DNA from: the human T2T-CHM13v2.0 reference genome, Homo sapiens
NCBI RefSeq assembly: GCF_009914755.1
Contig: NC_060940.1
DNA: 64,000 nt
Reading direction: 5' to 3' (one strand)
Position numbers and translations under genes: made by a program. This document shows, one piece after another, positions 15,150 to 29,599 of this stretch. How positions within the stretch are numbered: position 1 is the first letter of the stretch; each line of letters starts with the position of its first letter. The notes below the pieces were generated by a model. The model was not told the origin of the DNA, did not search any database, and was given only the letters and a program-made list of their open reading frames with translations.

Positions 15150-15330
15150 TGATTCTCCAACTTTAGTAACATGAAAATCATCTTTAAATAATTTGAAATG
15201 TTCAGAATCTCAAGCTTCAATCACTGAGGTTTAGATCTAGAAGTTCTAGGTGGGGCCTAGGAATCTGCATGTTCATGAATTCTCTGGTACTACAAATGCA
15301 GATTTTCTGCAGATGACAACCACTCTGTAC
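15150..15330. mobile_element. MER5A-like hAT MITE
   Basis: GTTCTAGGTGGGGCCTAGGAATCTGCAT core. Confidence 0.6.
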
Positions 15331-15625
15331 AGTAGGACTTAGTTACATTCCTATAGAGAGTATTTCTCAGAAAGGCCCAGATGCATTTGCTAATTAATTT
15401 ACCTTCAACGTTGTTGTTGTTTTTTCATAGTCTGCCTAACTCCCTGTTCTCTCAACAGCTCTAATTTTCACAATCAGCCTCTTTTAAAGACATTCCTATT
15501 TCTATATAGTGGTCATTTGAGGAGCTATGGGGGCAACTGCTAAGGAAGTTAGCATTAGATTAGCCCCTGAAACGTTGTATTATTCAAAGAATGGTCTGTC
15601 TTATATGAAGGATATAAGACAATTT

Positions 15626-15935
15626 GGCCAGGCATGGTGGCTCATGCCTGTAATCCCAGTGCTTTGGGAGGCTGAGATGGAAGAATTCCTTGAGGCCAGG
15701 AGTCTGAGACCACCCCTGGCAACATAGTGAGACCCCACCTCTACAAAAAATGAAACAATTAGTTCGATATGGTGGCACATGCCTATAACCCAGCTACTTG
15801 GGAGGTTGAGACAGGATGATAGCTTAAGCCCAGGAGTTTAAGGTTACAGTAAGCTATGATTTTGCCACTGCACTCCGGCCTGGGCAATAGAGTGAGACCC
15901 TGTCTCTTTAAAAAAAAAAAAAAAGAGAAAAAGAA
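15626..15935 (+). mobile_element. AluJ
   Basis: AluJ diagnostics (TTGAGGCCAGGAG, AACATAGTGAGACC); TSD ATAAGACAATT. Confidence 0.95.
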
Positions 15936-16585
15936 CATAAGACAATTCGATTCTTTTGAAAGCCCTAGACTAAGGAACAAGACAAGAAAAGTAAATGAGC
16001 TGTATAAACACATAAAGGCAAGAAAAAACTAGCATCTGCAGATGACATAATTTATCAATAAAATATAAGAGAATTGACTGAAAACTTTTATAAATAATAA
16101 ATGAGGAAGATGACCAATAAAAATATATTTACAAAAAATTTTACAATTATGATTGTTGGACTTGGACTTAGTTGGCTGCATGTAATTTTTGCAATAATGT
16201 TTGCCATAATTATTGACACACTTGTAGTGATAAATATTTGTTTCTTTTGTTCATTTATCCATGCACCTATAAATTTATCACAGGTTAATGCCCAAAACAG
16301 ATCCTGAGGTAGTGATTAGTGGTGATGCAATCAGCATGCATTCATTTAGTAGTTAAAGGGATAGGGAAAAAGGAAGTGAATGAGGTGCCGATGGAGGGCA
16401 TTCAAAGGAAAGTGACCACTGATTGACAATAAACCACAAGTGATACAGCCAACTGTTCGGCAGATTCAATTGCTCATGATCACAGAATGCTTTTGGATCG
16501 AGAAACTGTGCTTTAGAATAATACTTTGGAGGAATAAAGGATAAGATAATTTATTCATGGTCTCATGTACTGTCTCTCATTGGTC

Positions 16586-18000
<1,415 letters not shown>

Positions 18001-19117
18001 CAAAGTTTGTGTTATCAGGAATTAAATCCTCCAAACTTGCTTTATTTATCTCTGTTGGCAGGCAGTATAAAAGCCATATCCAATATCCTTTGGTGTGGCA
18101 GTTTGAGTCCAAAGCAATAAGGCAGAGATAAGGCAGAGATTACTTTTAAGACTAGTAATTTTGCATCCCATTTACAATATTTTTTGCCTACCCCAACACC
18201 ATAAAGATATTTTCTTATTTTTTTATGAGCTTAATGTTTTATCATTCACTCTTAGATCTACACTTTAGATAAAATTAACTTTTGTATTTGGTGGGAAGTA
18301 GGGGGTCAGTTTTAAAGTCAGTATATCCAATTGACCCAGCCAATTATTGTAAAGGCTATCTTTTTCTCATTGCGCTGCAATTTCACTTCTGAACTTTTTA
18401 AAAACACAATCTTTCATTGGTCTTTCAGTCTTTCCTTGCCCCAATAACTAACTGTCTAAATTGCGTATTTTTATAAGTTTTGATGTTTAATAGTGTAACT
18501 GCATGTTTCTTCTTCAAGATTGTTTTGACTATCCTTTGCTTCTCTGTAAAATTTTAGAATTGACTTTTCCATTTATACAGACACATGGAAACCAGCATAC
18601 ATACATTTACAATTTTTACTGGAATTGCATCAGATCTAAAGATAAATTTAAAGAAGACTGAGAAGTTGAGATTACTGAGTCTTGTGTCTATGAACATTTC
18701 TTTTCATCATTTAGTTCTTCATAGTTCCTTTCTCAATAATGGTTTTTAAATTCCAGCATAAAGGTCCTATATACTGTTCTTAGCTATATTCGTATTTGTT
18801 TTTGGGGAAATAATGTTTTAATTTGCATTTTTTGGAAAATAATTTTCTTTTGTTTGTTTCTGGTGCTTAGTAATGCAGTTGGTTTTGGTATTGACCTAGC
18901 CTCCAGGAATTTTTGTTAAATTCACTTATGTCTAATATATTTTACATAGAGTATTGACATATCTGTGTACACAATTATATTATCTGTAAATGATGACATT
19001 TTAAGTTCTTTTCTATACTCTTTTTAAAAAAATCTTAAAGCTGTGGCCAAGCCTTTTTCCATTCTTAAATGTTGAATAGAATTGATAAGAACTGTCATTG
19101 TTTTTATCATTTTTGAT

Positions 19118-19478
19118 TGTCTTATTCCATTTGGGCTGCTATAACAGAAATGCCACAAGCTGGATAATTTATAAAGAACAAACACTTATTTCTCATGATT
19201 CTGGGGACTGAGAAGTCCAAGATCAAGGTACCCGGCAGATTTGGTGTCTGGTGAGAGCCCCTTCCTTATAGATTGCACCTTCTGTCTGTGTCCTCAGTTT
19301 GTGGAAAGGACAACAGGTTCTGTCTGGTCTCTTTTATAAGGGCATATATTTTATTCATGAGGACTCTGCTCTCAGGACCTGATCACCTCCTAAAAATCCC
19401 ACCTCTTAACACTATCACATTGGGGATTAGGTTTCAACATATGAATTTTGGGGGGACACAAACATTCAGTCCATAGCA
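19118..19478 (-). mobile_element. MLT1A/MLT1A0 MaLR solo LTR
   Basis: TGTCTT..TCCATTTGGGCTGCTATAACA start, AAGTCCAAGATCAAGG core, ACATTCAGTCCATAGCA end. Confidence 0.9.
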
Positions 19479-20104
19479 CTCTTATTGGGGAAATATTTCA
19501 ATATTTTATTGTGAAGTATTAATTTTTTTTATATGAAAATGTATGAAACATGAGGTACAGTTTTTAGGTACGATAGATTAAGAAAGTTAATTCCATTTCT
19601 AATTTGCTGTTTAGTTTTGCAATCATGAAAAGTTTTTAAAGTTTATTAAATGCATTTTTGGCATCTACAAAAATGATCATAGGATTTCCCCCTCATTTTA
19701 TTCTCTTAATTTGGTGAATTACATTGAATTTTCTTTCCTTTTTTTTTTTTGGTCCTAGGAAGCCTTGCTGAGAGTACCTGAATTTTCAGTGCTAAATGAA
19801 TCTTGTTTGTTTAGAAGAAACACAATTTGGTTGTAATATATTTTCCTATATTTATTCTGTCCAGAATTTTGTGTCTATATTAGTAAAAAAAGATCTCTCT
19901 TTCTTCTCCAGGTTTTGATGTTAAGCTAATGCTGATATTGTAATATGAATTGGAGATTTTCCTCATTTTTTTCTTCCATTCTATGAAAGAAGTTATAGAA
20001 TGTTGGGGTTCTTTCTTCCTTTAAAATTTAGAAGAATTCACCAGGCAAATCATCTGTGTTGAAATTGTATTTGTGGGGATAATTTAATAATGGATTCAAG
20101 TTAA

Positions 20105-20233
20105 AAATGTTTTAATAGAGATGGTGTCTCACTGTATTGCCTAGGCTGGTCTCAAACTCCTGGGCTCAAGCGATTCTCTGGCTTCAGCCTCCCAAAATGC
20201 TGGGATTACAGGTGTGAGCCACTGCACCCAGCT
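20105..20233 (-). mobile_element. FLAM (free left Alu monomer)
   Basis: Single monomer with CTCAAACTCCTGGGCTCAAGCGAT. Confidence 0.85.
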
Positions 20234-20379
20234 TAATAGATTTAATTTTAAAAATAGATATATAGCTGTTCAGATTCCCTACTTCTTCCTGTATTTCTTT
20301 TATTTAAGTTGTATTTATCTAAAAATTTTTATTTCATCTACATTTTCAAATTTATTAGCATAAAGATGTTGATAATATC

Positions 20380-20545
20380 TTTTAAAAACAGCTTTATTAA
20401 AGTATAATTGATATACAAAGAAGTGGACGTATTTAATATGTACAATTTGATGAGTTTGGACATAATGCAAATACCAAGAATACCATCCCCACAATCGAGG
20501 TAATAGACATATCCAGCACCTCCCAAACTTTCCTTGTGCTTGTTT
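20380..20545 (-). mobile_element. L1MB-type 3' terminal fragment
   Basis: CAGCTTTATTAAAGTATAATTGATATAC...TACAATTTGATGAGTTTGGACA. Confidence 0.7.
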
Positions 20546-20930
20546 TTTAAATTTTTTGATACTATCATCTTATTATCTTGTTAATATGTTTAGGAACTGT
20601 AGTGGTATTCTCTTGTTCATTACTAAACTTGATGGTCTGTGCAAATCTGTGCGTTCTTTCTCTCTCCACTAATAACTTTTGTTAGGAGGCTATCAATTTT
20701 ATTATCTTTTCAAAGAAACAATTTTTATATTTGTTGCCTTTTTCTTTGGTATGTTTGTCTTCTATATTAATTTCTGCTTTTATTTTTGCTTGCTTCCTCC
20801 CCAACTCCTGATTTTCCTAGGGTTTGGTTTTCTATTCTTTATTTAAAACATTTTTTGAGATGTATACTTAGCTATTCCTCTTTTTTAATACACATATTTA
20901 AGCTGCATCCAAATGTTTACGGGTGTGGTG

Positions 20931-20933
<3 letters not shown>

Positions 20934-20968
<35 letters not shown>

Positions 20969-20980
20969 GTGTGTGTATGT
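20934..20980. repeat. (TG)n microsatellite
   Basis: Visible TG run. Confidence 0.95.
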
Positions 20981-23900
20981 AATATCTAGTTCATTTACAT
21001 TTACCATAATATTAACTGAATTACTATTTGTTTTCTATTTATCTTACCTCAGCTTTCTTGCCTTTTATTGATTAATCACTTTATAAATTATCCTTTCATT
21101 GTCATCACTTATTAAGTTGTCAACTTTACTGTTTTTTTGTGGTTCCTCTAAAAATCAAAACACACATCCTTAACTTCTTCCAGTGTGATATAATTTAGTA
21201 CTTTTACCACTTCTGAAAAAATCTAGGATTTTATCACACTTTAGTCCTATTTATCTTCCTCTTGCCTGTATTATTGTTAACTTACATTTTTCTATATATA
21301 TTAAACACCACAATGTATTACTATTATTGTTTTGGACTTAATATTTATTTAGATTCCTCTACTTTTTTAAACCACTGTTTTGGTTCTTCCAACTTGAATT
21401 CCCATGTTTCCATGTGGGATAATTTTCTTTATGGCTGACCATTACCCTTTAGAAGGATGCTTATTATATTTTATTTAGTGTTTCTAGTTTTTTAAGGAAT
21501 TTTTACAGGATAATCCATCATATTTCCAGAAATAGAAATTAGTTCTTCCTTTTCATTGGACTTACTTTTTCTGCTGCAGAATTCCTACCTTAAACTGGAC
21601 AAGTGCCTAGATTTTTTTTAAATCCTGCTATTACTTTCAATGAAAATTCAGTAAGTTAGTAAAATTAATTGTTTTGAGCTAACAAGCTCAATAAGACTTC
21701 ACTTATTTTTTGTAGCATGTAGTGTTGCTTAAGTATGCAGGAAATTAATTTATTTAAAAATTGTTGGAAACACATGGTTAAGTAAGGCTTGCCAAAACAG
21801 AATATACTAAAATCTAAAACACTTCATTTCTTAATCAAATATAACATTTATTTTTTTTATAGTTGTAAAGTTCTTTTCTCCTAATATCCTTATAACTGCT
21901 TTGAATTTTCGCTTAATACACTGTGCTGCTTCATTTCTGTTTGCTTTTGTATTTTATTAATTTTGTCCCCTGAAACATCACCTACTTTCTTGTCTGGCAG
22001 ATTTGTAATAGTGGCAGTTGTTGTTATTTTCTTTCTTTCTTCGTTCCGTTAGAGGGGAAAAAGGAGAGCCCAGGAAATGTTACCTGACAAAACCGTGTTT
22101 TGAGTCTATAATAGCATCTACCCTGTTACTTCCTGAGATACTACACACAGGGTCATGGTGTCAGAAATGATGTCAAAAATCTCTATTAGCAAAAATCCCT
22201 TCTGCAACCATAATATACTAACTTGGAAGATTGTTATGCTGTTTCTCCCCCTCAGGCTTCATTTGGCATGTGAAATTTATAAACATTGCTGCTGTCTCAG
22301 GTCTGCATGTTAGAAAAATACATGTCTTTGAAGAATCTGACAGACTGGCCAAAACCAAATTTTATTTCTATTATAAAACAAGTCTTGTCTGTTTGGATTT
22401 ATTATATGTAATTAGGGGCTTAGTGGAGTCTAATGAAGGCTGTCTGTACATCGCCACTGTTGCAAAAACGTATCTTTGACGATCAATATTTCGTGTGTAG
22501 AATAGAATTAATTTTGTGTGTTAGATATATTTTGGTATTCAGGGATCGTCAGACCTTTGGTTTAAGGAAGTTTGATGGGGTTACCGTGGACTCCATTGTT
22601 CAAATGAAAAGTTCAGAATAGAGAGTATAATGGAATTTGGAATCTATTCTATCTGCTTTTGAATATGGCCCAGCTATTATATTAATACCAAGACAGATAG
22701 GACAGAGCTGGCCCTATGTGCAGTTTTTCTTACTCTGAAGCCAGCTACATGAAGAATTTTTATGTTTTGTTTTGGAAAAGCAGGTAGATTATTTTCTTGG
22801 TTCATCTTTGTTTCGCAGAGGTAAAATTAGAGGCTTCAGCCTCCTGCTGGCAGAACAAGCTCTCAATTTCTCGCTGTCGAAATTCAATCTGATTTCTATC
22901 TTTTTCACTAAAAAGCTGTCAACAGCAAATAAGCATTCCCCATCAAAGAGTCACATTCATTTCTGAGGTATACAAATTCCTCTCATGGGAGAGAATTCAA
23001 GTAATTTAAATTGTTTCTGACTTTTAATTTCTTTCTTAGGAAATGGGAAATGATATTAGCATAGACTCTAACTACAGGCCAAAATGGAAGAAGAAAAGGC
23101 ATGCATGGATACTCCCTAGTGTGACATCTCCAGGACCTTTAAGCCTCAGAGTGCAGCATGTTTACAATGCATAAAACAGGATTTGTATCTGCATTCTCAT
23201 TTGCAGCTAGTGATCTAATCAGAGCTATCACTGTATGCTTTTAAAATGCATCAACATAGACTCATTTTTTAGTGGCAGACTTGCTATAGGAGTGTGTACT
23301 GCCAGCATAACAGAGGAAATGCTTTTGAAATTAAATGTATTTTTCTTTCTTAGAATTCTTAGAGTTTAGTTTTGGAAATGGCCTTCTCTTTGGAAAAAGA
23401 TGAAATTCTAGGTAACATACTCTGCCATATAAAGCCATTTTACACAGTGGCTCTTTCTTTCCTGTTTTCTTATTTTTGCTTTATTTATTTTTTAAAAAAT
23501 TTATTTAAGGTAAGGGTTTAATAAAGTACATTGGTTTATAGCTGTGCCTTTATGATGAGCATATGTATTACTTTGGTTATAGAACCTCTTCAAATAGGCT
23601 TGTAAAAATGTGAGCTTTTTGGTTTTAAACTGTAAATTTCCTTCTTTTATTTTCTTCTGCCAGTTTATGCAAACATTCATAATCTCAGAATCTCATAATT
23701 GGGATAACAAGTGGTAAGCACTGTGTACACGTGCAAATGAATAAGCTACCAATCACAGTTAGAGAAAATCTCCCCCGCTGTACAAATGCATTTGATAGTA
23801 TTTAGAGAAGAAGCAGCATTTAAGAAGATTCAGAGTGAACTAGAAGTCTACTGCAATAGTTATCAGATGACTTCCAGAACTTTTAAAGTCCTTATACCCT

Positions 23901-24032
23901 TCTTAGGGGAGCTATGATTAGTCAAGGTACCACTTAAAATGAAGATACCTAGAATTGAACAAAAATTGCAAATTGTGTTTCATCACACAGGATAAAATGC
24001 AATCTTTCTGTCTTATTTGATCCCATGTAGGG

Positions 24033-24070
24033 GTGTGTGTGTGTGTGTGTGTGCATACAAACGTGTGTGT
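24033..24070. repeat. (GT)n microsatellite
   Basis: Visible GT run, interrupted. Confidence 0.9.
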
Positions 24071-24578
24071 ATGCTGGGTTCTTTTATTTATTCAGTATAA
24101 TTTTTGAAGACCTAGGAGGTTTCTGGCAGTGAGCTAAGCACTAGATGGTATTGAACAAGCATGAACAAGGCTGAATCTTGTAGTACTGAGTAGGGAGGAC
24201 ATCATTACACATGTGATGCATTTTAACCGTGGAGAAGTGAAGGACATTAAAAGCAGCATGTAATAGGTATAACTAATCCCCAGCTGGGGTTAGGTGTGTA
24301 AACAACCTATTGATGAGGAAGCCTCAGGTGGATAACTGTGAGACCATTTGTTCAACAGGTACCTGCAGGAGAGGCTGAGTGGAGGGGCAGTGAAGGCAGT
24401 CCTGAGCCTCCCTTTCCTGTCCTGAGGAATTCAGCACTGGCCCTAACTTGCATGTCCCATTCAGTATAATGGAAATCCTACAGTTAACCAAACCCACCTT
24501 CTTAAAAGGCAGGTTAGCTACCGCCTGGTTTTAGATGATCCCTAATGTTGAATTTCACATATACCACCAGTACCCTAT

Positions 24579-25219
24579 TAGTACAGGAGTTATTAAGAAA
24601 TTATTTTTAGGCAGCTAGAAAGGGTAAAAGATCTCGATGGAATTTTCCTTTAATAAAAAGCAGCCCCAAATCATTTCTTCTCTAACAAAAAGCAGCCTGA
24701 AAAGTCAGGCATAGATATGCAAACCAGGAGCTTTTATATGTAAATGTGGACAGCTGTACCTGGAAGCCAGGTACATTCAATACAGCCTCCCCTGCCCTCT
24801 TTTCCTTGTCACCAAGTGTGCTGGCTATCATGGCAGCCTCCAGGTAAAACCACGTGTACAGGTATCATGGCCCCCCACCAGGTGGAGGCCACATTTGGGT
24901 AATAAAAGACTAGGGTGGGAGGGCCAGTCTTTTCCCCGGGTATGTAAATGAAACACCTGGTCAAACCAATCCCCTGAGCCCTATGTAAATAAATCACCAC
25001 CCTCTCAAGTCTCTGTATAAAAACGATTGTGTTTGGCCACAAACTGGAAACCCTCTTGGGCAGTCCGCCTTCTCAGCATGAGGAAGTCTTTTCTCTCTCT
25101 GTTCTTTTTCTATTAAACTTTCTGCTCCTAAACCCATTCCTCGTGTGTGTCTGTGTCCTAAATTCTTTTTCAACTGTGGCAAAGAATCAGGGTATATCCC
25201 AGACAACAGAGCTGTTTCA
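24579..25219 (+). mobile_element. ERV1 solo LTR (LTR9/MER61-group-like)
   Basis: Start TAGTACAGGAGTTATTAAGAAATTATT, TATA-like GTATAAAAA, ATTAAA poly(A) signal, TTTCA end, near 4-bp TSD CTAT/ATAT; exact family uncertain. Confidence 0.8.
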
Positions 25220-25639
25220 ATATGACATATGCACAAGAACTTGGTAAATCCAAACTGTCTTCATCTCATTCCGTTTTGAGTGATGTTTCATTACGCTTTA
25301 TAGATTAGGATTCTGAAATGTTAAGGTCTCTAGAATTCTCCCTGGGAAATGGTGTTTAGTGAGGCCTTAAAGGGGAAGAAGAAGCTGTGCACATGAAGAG
25401 GGACCGAGAGAAAGAAAGAATTCAAGGAAGGTGGACTAGCATGCGCGAAGGCCCTGAGGTAGGAAAGGGCAGCTGCTTTATTCCTTTTTATTCTACTTAT
25501 TTATTTATCTATTATTATGATGTTATTTATGTATTTTAAAAATTCTATTTATGCTGTATTCAAATAGGTCAAAGGAGGGACAGAGAGAGAGGAGGAGGTT
25601 GGCTTGAGATGAAGCTAGAAGAATGGGCAAACTTCACTT

Positions 25640-26550
25640 CTCTTTGTTCATTTGTACCCCAAGTTGTATTCATCCCTTTCTGCCCTGCTGTGGTCTCTGC
25701 AAACTTGACCCTCGCAGACTGCAACACCCAGACTCCTTTGCTGGCTGGTGGATTGTTGGGTTTGGCTGAGAAGATGCAATGGCAATACACTGAAGTTTGG
25801 AGGGAAAGTTGGGTTGAAGTGTGTCTCTTCTGACTCCCTCCTTGCCTTGGTGACCTTTTAAAATTTTTATTTTAATTAAAAATTTAAAAAATAATTTCTG
25901 TTTTAGATTCAGGGGGTATAGGGTAAGTTTGTTACCTGGCAATATTGTGTGATGCTGAGGTTTGGGGTATGATTGATCCTGTCACCCAGGTACTGAGCAT
26001 CGTACCCAATAGTTTTTCAACCCTTGTCCTTCCCCGCTTTTCTACCTCTAGTAGTCCACAGCGTGTATCGTTGCCATCTTTATGTCCATAAGTACCCATT
26101 GTTTAGCTCCCACTTATGAGTGAGAACATGTGATACTTGGTTTTCTGTTCCTGCAATAATTTGCTTAGGATAATGGCCTCTAGCTGCATCCATGTTACTG
26201 CAAAGGACATGATTTCATGCTTTCTTATGGCTGTGTGGTATTCCATGGTATATATGTGCCACATTTTCTTTATTCAATCCACTTGGTCCCTGTTTTCAGG
26301 CAAGAACTGCTTCCTACCAGTTCCCTCTGGAGACCTCTCCTTCATGGCTTCAGCTCTCATTGGGCTCCTGGAACATACTAGCTTTGGCTTTAGGGATATT
26401 AACATCTTCATATTATTGTAGTTCCTCATTGCCCCACCATCTTTAGTCTGTTCCCTAAACTATGCCTATACTCCTGTAAGCAGTCCCTAAATCAAAATAA
26501 CTTCATTTGAATAATATGTAATCTGTTTTATATGTAGATCCCAATTCATT
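25640..26550 (+). mobile_element. Ancient ERVL-type LTR split by an L1PA15/16 insertion
   Basis: Sequence either side of the L1 joins as CCTTGGT-CCCTG; 3' part CTGTAAGCAGTCCCT..ATCAAA resembles LTR67/79-type ends. Confidence 0.45.
25856..26282 (-). mobile_element. L1PA15/16-type 3' end
   Basis: TATTGTGTGATGCTGAGGTTTGGGGTATGATTGATCCTGTCACCCAGGTACTGAGCAT is characteristic. Confidence 0.85.
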
Positions 26551-27454
26551 CAGATGGGTTTTAAGGCTTTACACCTGAGGGTATATCTCTTAAATTCAAT
26601 AAAAGTACCACTTTTCTTAATTCATTCAAGATTTTTGACTCCCTCCTGTTGTAGCCTATAAAGAGATGGAAGCTTAGACAGCCTCATAATTGCTCTTATT
26701 CTTCTTTCTGGTATGACTCGTATATAAGGCTGGCTAAAGGCAAACTGCAAGGTTGGAGGAAGAGCTTCCATGCCTCCTGATTCCCTCTTCTCTCTTCCTA
26801 TCTGGAAGGCCATTCCTGACCTGTTACATTGCTATTGTGTGCTAAGCTAAGGAAATTAAAAAATTGATGCTGAAAGTGACAGACATTTCCAGACTGGCAG
26901 CCAACACATATGATATACAGCTCCATAATAGAATATATGTGGTTTATGATGAATTAGTAAGTGATTCCTTTTTTCAGGGGAGGAATCTTACAAGATTCTT
27001 GGTGCTAATAACTAGGTTCAGGATATGGTATCTCAAATGTACCTCACTTGTAAGGTAAGTCACAAAAAATTTGTTACCATTTCTAGTTAAACTATTGAAG
27101 CTTGCAAATAATTACCTATGGATTCATGGTTATGCTGTAATAATAGAACCTTTCTTGAATTCTGCAATGCTCTCTTGAGGCAGAGAAAAAGCAATTAAGA
27201 TACAGCTAATGTGCAGGGAATTGTACAGAACCCCAGTCTGCTTTGTCTATGTCACAGCAGTGAATCGGAGTGGTGAGTCAGGTATTTAGCACTTTGGAAT
27301 AAAAAGACCAAGAACTACTGCCTACATATTTAACTATAACTACAGGCATAGTTTCTCATTTTGTGAAAAGTATGCAAAGAGGTCTTATTGTATTTTTGTG
27401 GGGCAGAGTAGATGGTAAAGAATAAAAATCATCCATAAACCATTAATGTTTGCA

Positions 27455-27570
27455 TTTAGAAGCTTCAGGAGTGTGGGGACCTAGTTTGTTTTCTTCACTG
27501 CTGTGACCCCACTGAGTAGGCTAATACCTGGCATATATCACAAACACACTAAGTATTTGTGGAAAGAAGG
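27455..27570 (+). mobile_element. L2 3' end fragment
   Basis: GGGGACCTAGTTTGTTTTCTTCACTGCTG...CCTGGCATAT...AAGTATTTGTGG. Confidence 0.6.
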
Positions 27571-27649
27571 GAGACTTGGACAGTCTCCTTTTGCAGGACG
27601 CACATAATCTCTTCCTCCTCAACCTCTCTGCCTAAGCTGTAAGATATGG

Positions 27650-27880
27650 GCATAAGAGAATAGATTTTAGAGGCCAAGAAAGCTGCTGGTATCCAAATCT
27701 GCCCCTCATTCGATGTGCCATCTCATGTGATTTAACTAATTTTGAGATCCTCAATTTTTTCATCAATTCTTCTGTGAAATAAGCTACCAATATTTACTTC
27801 ACCATGTTATGAGTCAAATAACATGAGGTATGTGGAAATACAAGTAAGAAGCATTAGGTAGATGACATCATTATTATTTA
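27650..27880 (+). mobile_element. MIR
   Basis: Degenerate MIR body ending in ATTATTATT. Confidence 0.55.
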
Positions 27881-28301
27881 TGTCACCATATGAGTTTATG
27901 AGCAAACTGTGTATTTGTAACCTCTGTAGCAGGAGAAACTGACAGATGTTTCCCAATACTGATAGGGTCATTGGGATGGAAGAACTAACTGTTCAGGCCA
28001 GTCTTGTGGGAAAGTGACGATCTGAGAAACAGAGATTTATACCAAGACCAGGGCCTTTTTTTTCCTCCTGTATTTTACTAAATATGGGTTAAAGTTGGTT
28101 CTGATTAAAGGAAATAATATGTTTTATTAGTTTGGTTCAAGTAATTCTTCATTTCAGGGAAAAAACTCAAATTATTTTCATGAGAAGATGCATAAGAGAC
28201 TGGGGAGAGCCCTAAGAACTAGGAACTCTAAGTCTCAACTTCTTAAGTGCTTTGCTGAATCAAGTTTTTCATCTGTAAAATGGGTATAAAAATTCCTGCC
28301 T

Positions 28302-28754
28302 GCAAAGGACATGAACTCATTCTTTTTTATGGCTGCGTAGTATTCCATGGTGTATATGTGCCACATTTTCTTTATCCAGTCTATCATTGATGGGCATTTG
28401 GGTTGGTTCCAAGTCTTTGCTATTGTGAACAAGGACATGGATGAAGCTGGAAACTATCAGTCTCAGCCAACTAATACAGGAACAGAAAACCAAACACTGC
28501 ATGTTCTCACTCATAAGTGGGAGTTGAACAATGAGAACATATGGGCACAGGGAGGGGAACATCACACACTGGGGCCTGTAGCGGGGTGGGGAGCAAGGGT
28601 AAGGATAGCATTAGGAGAAATACCTAATGTAGATGACAGGTTGATGGGTGCAGCAAACCACCATGGCACATGTATACCTATGTAACAAACCTGCACATTC
28701 TGCACATGTATCTCAGAACTTAAAGTATATATATATATATATTTATATATATAT
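28302..28754 (+). mobile_element. 5'-truncated L1PA7/8-like element with 5' inversion (28302-28429 inverted) and (TA)n tail, inserted in a MIR
   Basis: Antisense ORF2 piece abuts a sense piece at the matching consensus position; 3'UTR GTAGATGAC.GGTTGATGGGTGCAGCAAACCACCATGG; TSD AAAATTCCTGCCT at 28289-28301 and 28755-28767. Confidence 0.92.
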
Positions 28755-28769
28755 AAAATTCCTGCCTTC

Positions 28770-29599
28770 AAAGGATACGAACAGACACCTCTCAAAAGAA
28801 GACATTCATGCAGTCAACAGACACATGAAAAAATGCTCATCATCACTGGCCATCAGAGAAATGCAAATCAAAACCACAATGAGACACCATCTCACACCAG
28901 TTAGAATGGCGATTGTTAAAAAGTCAGGAAATAACAGGTGCTGGAGAGGATGTGGAGAAATAGGAACACTTTTAGACTGTTGGTGGGGCTGTAAACTAGT
29001 TCAACCATTGTGGAAGTCAGTGTGGCAATTCCTCAGGGATCTAGAACTAGAAATACCATTTGACCCAGCCATCCCATTACTGGGCATATACCCAAAGGAT
29101 TATAAATCATGCTGCTGTAAAGGCACATGCACACGTATGTTTATTGCAGCACTATTCACAATAGCAAAGACTTGGAACCAACCCAAATGTCCATCAATGA
29201 TAGACTGGATTAAGAAAAAGTGGTACATGCACACCATGGAATACTATGCAGCCATAAAAAATGATGAGTTCATGTCCTTTGTAGGGACATGGATGAAGCT
29301 GGAAACCGTCATTCTGAGCAGACTATCACAAGGACAGAAAACCAAACACCGCATGTTCTCACTCATAGGTGGGAATCGAACAATGAGAACACTTGGACAC
29401 ACGGTGGGGAACATCACACACCGGGGCCTGTCATGGGGTTGGGGGAGGGGGGAGGGATAGCATTAGGAGATATACCTAAAGTAAATGACGAGTTAACGGG
29501 TGCAGCACACCAACATGGCCCATGTATACATATGTAACAAACCTGCATGTTGTGCACATGTACCCTAGAACTTAAAGTATAAAAAAAAAAGTGTTAAAA
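28770..29599 (+). mobile_element. 5'-truncated L1PA5-like element
   Basis: ORF2 C-terminus, 3'UTR and A tail; TSD AAAATTCCTGCCTTC at 28755-28769 and 29600-29614. Confidence 0.95.

Larger units (their letters stand above)
18170..21450 (-). mobile_element. Highly degraded ancient L1 (L1ME-like) with nested younger elements
   Basis: T-rich antisense ORF2 relics (TATCCAATTGACCCAGC, GGAATTGCATCAGATCTA, TAGAAGAATTCACCAG). Confidence 0.6.

Noticed and set aside
18117-18140. Tandem duplication of ATAAGGCAGAG (similarly TTCAACTATGTGACA at about 39861-39895)
   Set aside because: Ordinary slippage microduplications.
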